IMG/VR virus record: IMGVR_UViG_3300047508_000210
Location: 1-50,043 of that record
Strand: one strand, 5' to 3'
Origin: a virus
Lineage: Duplodnaviria > Caudoviricetes
Length of the DNA stretch: 50,043 bases
The number at the start of each line of letters is the position of its first letter. The first letter of the stretch is position 1. Shown here piece by piece: positions 47,439 to 50,043 of this stretch. A model generated the notes under the pieces. It worked only from the letters and a program-made list of their open reading frames with translations, was not told the origin of the DNA and made no database searches. The position numbers and the translations under genes were made by a program.

Positions 47439-48140
47439 TTAGTGAGCCGTATGCGCCGGGGTATCGCCCTTACGAACCGGAACCGGGCCTTTGCCCTTAC
47501 CAGCACGCTTGAGTGGAAGCCCAGCTTGGGTCTTAGACAGCGTCTCCGCCTTTCGCTTAGCCTTCTCCGCTTCCAGTTCTGCAACCTTCTTCGGATCTTC
47601 CTGAGCGATAGACAGAACATCTACCTCGGCAGTATCCTCAGCAAGGCGAGCGTCGATAGCTGCCTTGGCCTTGGCGATGTAAAACTCCTCACGTTCAGCA
47701 AGCAATTTCTTGGCTGCCTCGGTAATGAGTTTTGCAGGGACCGTGGAGATACGCTTCTTCGCGGCCTTGAGGCGATCACGAACAACTTCCTTGCACTGAC
47801 GAAGGGCCTCGGTGAGAACTTCCTTGGGTTCCTTCGACGCGGACTTGGAGGTTGTGCGTTTCGCAACCTTGCCGGACTTGATTTCGGCATAGTTCTCGGC
47901 GGCTTTTGCTAGGGCCTCCGTCTTTGCCGTTTCGGCTTCTTCTCCCGACAGCTTGGTCGGGGCGGGAAGCTTAGACATCTTGGCGTTGAGCATGGTTTTG
48001 AAGTATTCAAACACCATAGCTTGCATAAGCCCGGGGTTTGAATCCAACATCGCCTCTACATCTTCGCTTTCGATGTCGAACGTCACGCCTTTGCCCGCTT
48101 TGCTAATCGGGATCGATAGGGTGGTCATCGAGTTTACCAT
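47439..48140 (-). CDS. Lys/Ala-rich helical protein, probable nucleic-acid binding
   Basis: 233 aa, highly charged, basic tail. Confidence 0.8.
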   Translation of the reverse strand: MVNSMTTLSIPISKAGKGVTFDIESEDVEAMLDSNPGLMQAMVFEYFKTMLNAKMSKLPAPTKLSGEEAETAKTEALAKAAENYAEIKSGKVAKRTTSKSASKEPKEVLTEALRQCKEVVRDRLKAAKKRISTVPAKLITEAAKKLLAEREEFYIAKAKAAIDARLAEDTAEVDVLSIAQEDPKKVAELEAEKAKRKAETLSKTQAGLPLKRAGKGKGPVPVRKGDTPAHTAH

Positions 48141-48148
48141 CCTCTTGT

Positions 48149-48441
48149 TTGAGCCCAGCCCTATTGCTCGGGCTCGGGGTTATTAAGCACTACCAACACT
48201 TGGGGTCACAGGATTACTCCGTGGTCGGGTCTTTGGTATGGTTGTAGAAACCATGTTCACCCAACCTTTTTGGTCCTACCTTGCTGTGGGTCTCTGGCCT
48301 AATCGGATAGAGCAAGTGATTGCTCTGGAGAATAGCGATCGGGTGGGAGGTTGGACGAGGATGCCTGTGTTTCACCCTAATCCCCCGTCGCTATTCACCG
48401 CAACAATCGGGGTGTCATCTCGTTGTTGGAGATGACACCCG
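48149..48441. other. Structured intergenic/leader region with several hairpins
   Basis: Stems at 48151-48175, 48238-48254, 48309-48326, 48330-48396, 48410-48440. Confidence 0.5.
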
Positions 48442-48451
48442 CTTTATGGCG

Positions 48452-48655
48452 TTAGTATTGAAGCAAGATACGCCTTAGCCCTTGTGGAGCGGACATGATC
48501 CAGCCGAAGTTTCGAGTTTCGAACGCTACGGCTCTATCAGGGTAGTCGCTAGGGTTTTCACCATTCTTAAGCACAACAGCGTTGTATTCTTTGATCTTGT
48601 TCGCCCAGAAAGGATCGTATTTACCATCGCTGTAGACTCGTCGGGGCTTGTTCAT
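48452..48655 (-). CDS. Hypothetical protein
   Basis: ATGA-coupled. Confidence 0.6.
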   Translation of the reverse strand: MNKPRRVYSDGKYDPFWANKIKEYNAVVLKNGENPSDYPDRAVAFETRNFGWIMSAPQGLRRILLQY

Positions 48656-48861
48656 CTCAACATCTCCCTACGTTCATCGGCGAGGAATTTGAAATGGGCG
48701 GAACGGCGATGGGCAGAGCGTTGACGGGCTTGGACGTATTTGATAGCGCGATCTATATTATGCTTCTCGTCAAACGTAAAGCCTTCACCCATCCAAGCTT
48801 TAACATTTACCAGCAACTGCTCAAGCTGTTTCATGTTCATGGGTTGGGATCGTTTGCACAT
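48652..48861 (-). CDS. Hypothetical protein
   Basis: Small ORF in early operon; start uncertain. Confidence 0.55.
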   Translation of the reverse strand: MCKRSQPMNMKQLEQLLVNVKAWMGEGFTFDEKHNIDRAIKYVQARQRSAHRRSAHFKFLADERREMLR

Positions 48862-48930
48862 GATAGGCTCCGATCTATATGGGCTGAACTTGCCCGACGC
48901 TTTCCAGTCTGGACCCAGATTGTGGCGGAA

Positions 48931-49200
48931 TTAAGGCATGGTGTGGCACGGGGCTTGCTTGGCGTGTGCGTTGCGGGCGGATAGTCCCTCGCGTAAGCAT
49001 AGCGCATGCCATTCGATGAGTTTGGTACGATATTCGGCTTCCGAGTCTGAGGCTATCGCGATCATGCAATTGAATGTTCGGGCATAGGACATAGCTAACG
49101 TCAACGCCTCGATAGGGTTGATGTCATGGATATTCTTAAGCTGGCGCTGGACCCGTTCATGTATTTGATGCTCGTATGTCTTGTATTGCTCGATGTCCAT
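48931..49200 (-). CDS. Hypothetical protein
   Basis: GGAGG RBS. Confidence 0.65.
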   Translation of the reverse strand: MDIEQYKTYEHQIHERVQRQLKNIHDINPIEALTLAMSYARTFNCMIAIASDSEAEYRTKLIEWHALCLREGLSARNAHAKQAPCHTMP

Positions 49201-49205
49201 TGGGC

Positions 49206-49418
49206 TTATCCTCCGAGTTCGGATATAATCTGGGCAATGATATCGCCCAACTCAACCAAATTATCCTTGGTAAGAGTGGCAAATCCCCATCCATAACTAT
49301 CTTGCACCCGCATGAACACGCTCCCATCTGCATATTTATTAAATTCAATAACATCGCCACTCTCAACCTTCAACACAAAACAATGATCTGCATGTATCGT
49401 CGCCACATTACCCATCAC
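49206..49418 (-). CDS. Hypothetical protein
   Basis: GGGAGG RBS; coupled. Confidence 0.6.
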   Translation of the reverse strand: MMGNVATIHADHCFVLKVESGDVIEFNKYADGSVFMRVQDSYGWGFATLTKDNLVELGDIIAQIISELGG

Positions 49419-49618
49419 TCCCTCCCAATCTTACGAGTGTTTCCCACGCTGCGCTGTTCCCTATGCTCATATTCATACGTTATCTTCGCCCATTTCGCCG
49501 CATCTTCAAACGTCTGCATTACCGCCCTTGGCAATCCGCGCCTATGATACAACACCACCCAATTACCATATAGCGGATTGAACTGAATATGCGGCTTAGC
49601 CTTTGGCCAATTGCTCAT
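49415..49618 (-). CDS. Hypothetical protein
   Basis: ATGA-coupled start MSNWPK, GGAG RBS. Confidence 0.6.
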   Translation of the reverse strand: MSNWPKAKPHIQFNPLYGNWVVLYHRRGLPRAVMQTFEDAAKWAKITYEYEHREQRSVGNTRKIGRE

Positions 49619-49800
49619 TGCTCGCTCCCAGCTGGTGCTGCCCGTTTCCATTTCACCTTAGGCAATGTAACCTTGGCCTTCTTCTCGGGATCAGCAATAT
49701 TACTCTGCTGTATTTCCCTACGCTCTTGATCTGCTGCTGTTATCATTGGTGGCTTTAGTTTAGGTCTAACCGTAGGCATTTCATCTAGACCCTTTTCCAT
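49615..49800 (-). CDS. First early gene, small basic protein (start 49800 or 49779)
   Basis: Immediately downstream of strong promoter; KVTLPKVKW motif. Confidence 0.55.
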   Translation of the reverse strand: MEKGLDEMPTVRPKLKPPMITAADQERREIQQSNIADPEKKAKVTLPKVKWKRAAPAGSEQ

Positions 49801-49809
49801 TGTCCTTAT

Positions 49810-49838
49810 ACTATAGACTAGTTTGCTCAAATAGTCAA
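49810..49838 (-). promoter_or_regulatory. Sigma70-type early promoter
   Basis: TTGACT-N17-TATAGT. Confidence 0.8.
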
Positions 49839-49890
49839 CAACTATTTCATTCTTCAATAGATATCCCATCGATACAACACAGCCACATAG

Positions 49891-49934
49891 ATATCCTTGC
49901 GATATCCTTACCATATCCTTGCTATTCCCTTGCG
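49891..49934. repeat. 4 x 11-bp tandem iteron-like repeats
   Basis: atatccttgcg/atatccttacc/atatccttgct/attcccttgcg. Confidence 0.85.
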
Positions 49935-50043
49935 ATTAAGCGATTATTCAAAATCTATGGTACTCTCACGGTGGGATGTACTCACTCCCCCTCCCATACC
50001 CCTATACCTATATATTTATTTTTTTTTTTTTTTTTTTTTATTT
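49917..50043. repeat. Terminal direct repeat, copy 2
   Basis: Identical to 1-127. Confidence 0.9.

Noticed and set aside
47100-48450. tRNA, SRP RNA mimic or cobalamin riboswitch
   Set aside because: No T-loop GTTCRA or cloverleaf; CAGG/AGCA are out of SRP register; only fragmentary riboswitch-like words
290-49914. Many antisense and alternate-frame ORFs in the track (e.g. 3082-3696, 7137-7745, 21708-22385, upstream parts of 40370-41053 and 43156-43821)
   Set aside because: Shadow ORFs overlapping well-supported genes, without RBS or coupling
49917-50043. 127-bp terminal repeat as a biological DTR
   Set aside because: Length equals a common assembler k-mer and it cuts through the repeat array; more likely a circular overlap

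Overview
Apparently complete, circularly assembled ~49.9-kb dsDNA podophage genome; bases 1-127 are repeated at 49917-50043, which looks like a k=127 assembly overlap. It has two divergent arms. The + arm (~0.4-33.4 kb) is a BPP-1/epsilon15-type morphogenesis module: GIY-YIG protein, candidate TerS, TerL, portal, scaffold, capsid, cement, two large spike/fibre-like proteins, adaptor, nozzle and three ejection proteins. The - arm (~33.3-49.8 kb) has small early genes, a PD-(D/E)XK nuclease, a GcrA homologue (suggesting an alphaproteobacterial host), Sak4-like ATPase and SSB, a split family-A polymerase and an AAA+ helicase-like protein. I could not recognise an RNA polymerase, primase, integrase, repressor, reverse transcriptase or tRNA. 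Main unusual signals: (1) seven genes, five of them in the packaging/head/spike part of the module, encode Sec-signal-peptide proteins with mostly even Cys counts, suggesting appendage proteins folded in the periplasm; (2) the endolysin position holds only a 24-codon N-terminus + C-terminus remnant; (3) structured non-coding regions flank a basic early gene, one containing a duplicated internal-loop motif; (4) an origin-like palindrome of inverted 11-bp repeats surrounds a T21 tract; (5) the proofreading exonuclease is split across two genes and the polymerase is His762-type. All assignments come from motif recognition by eye; no database searches were run.
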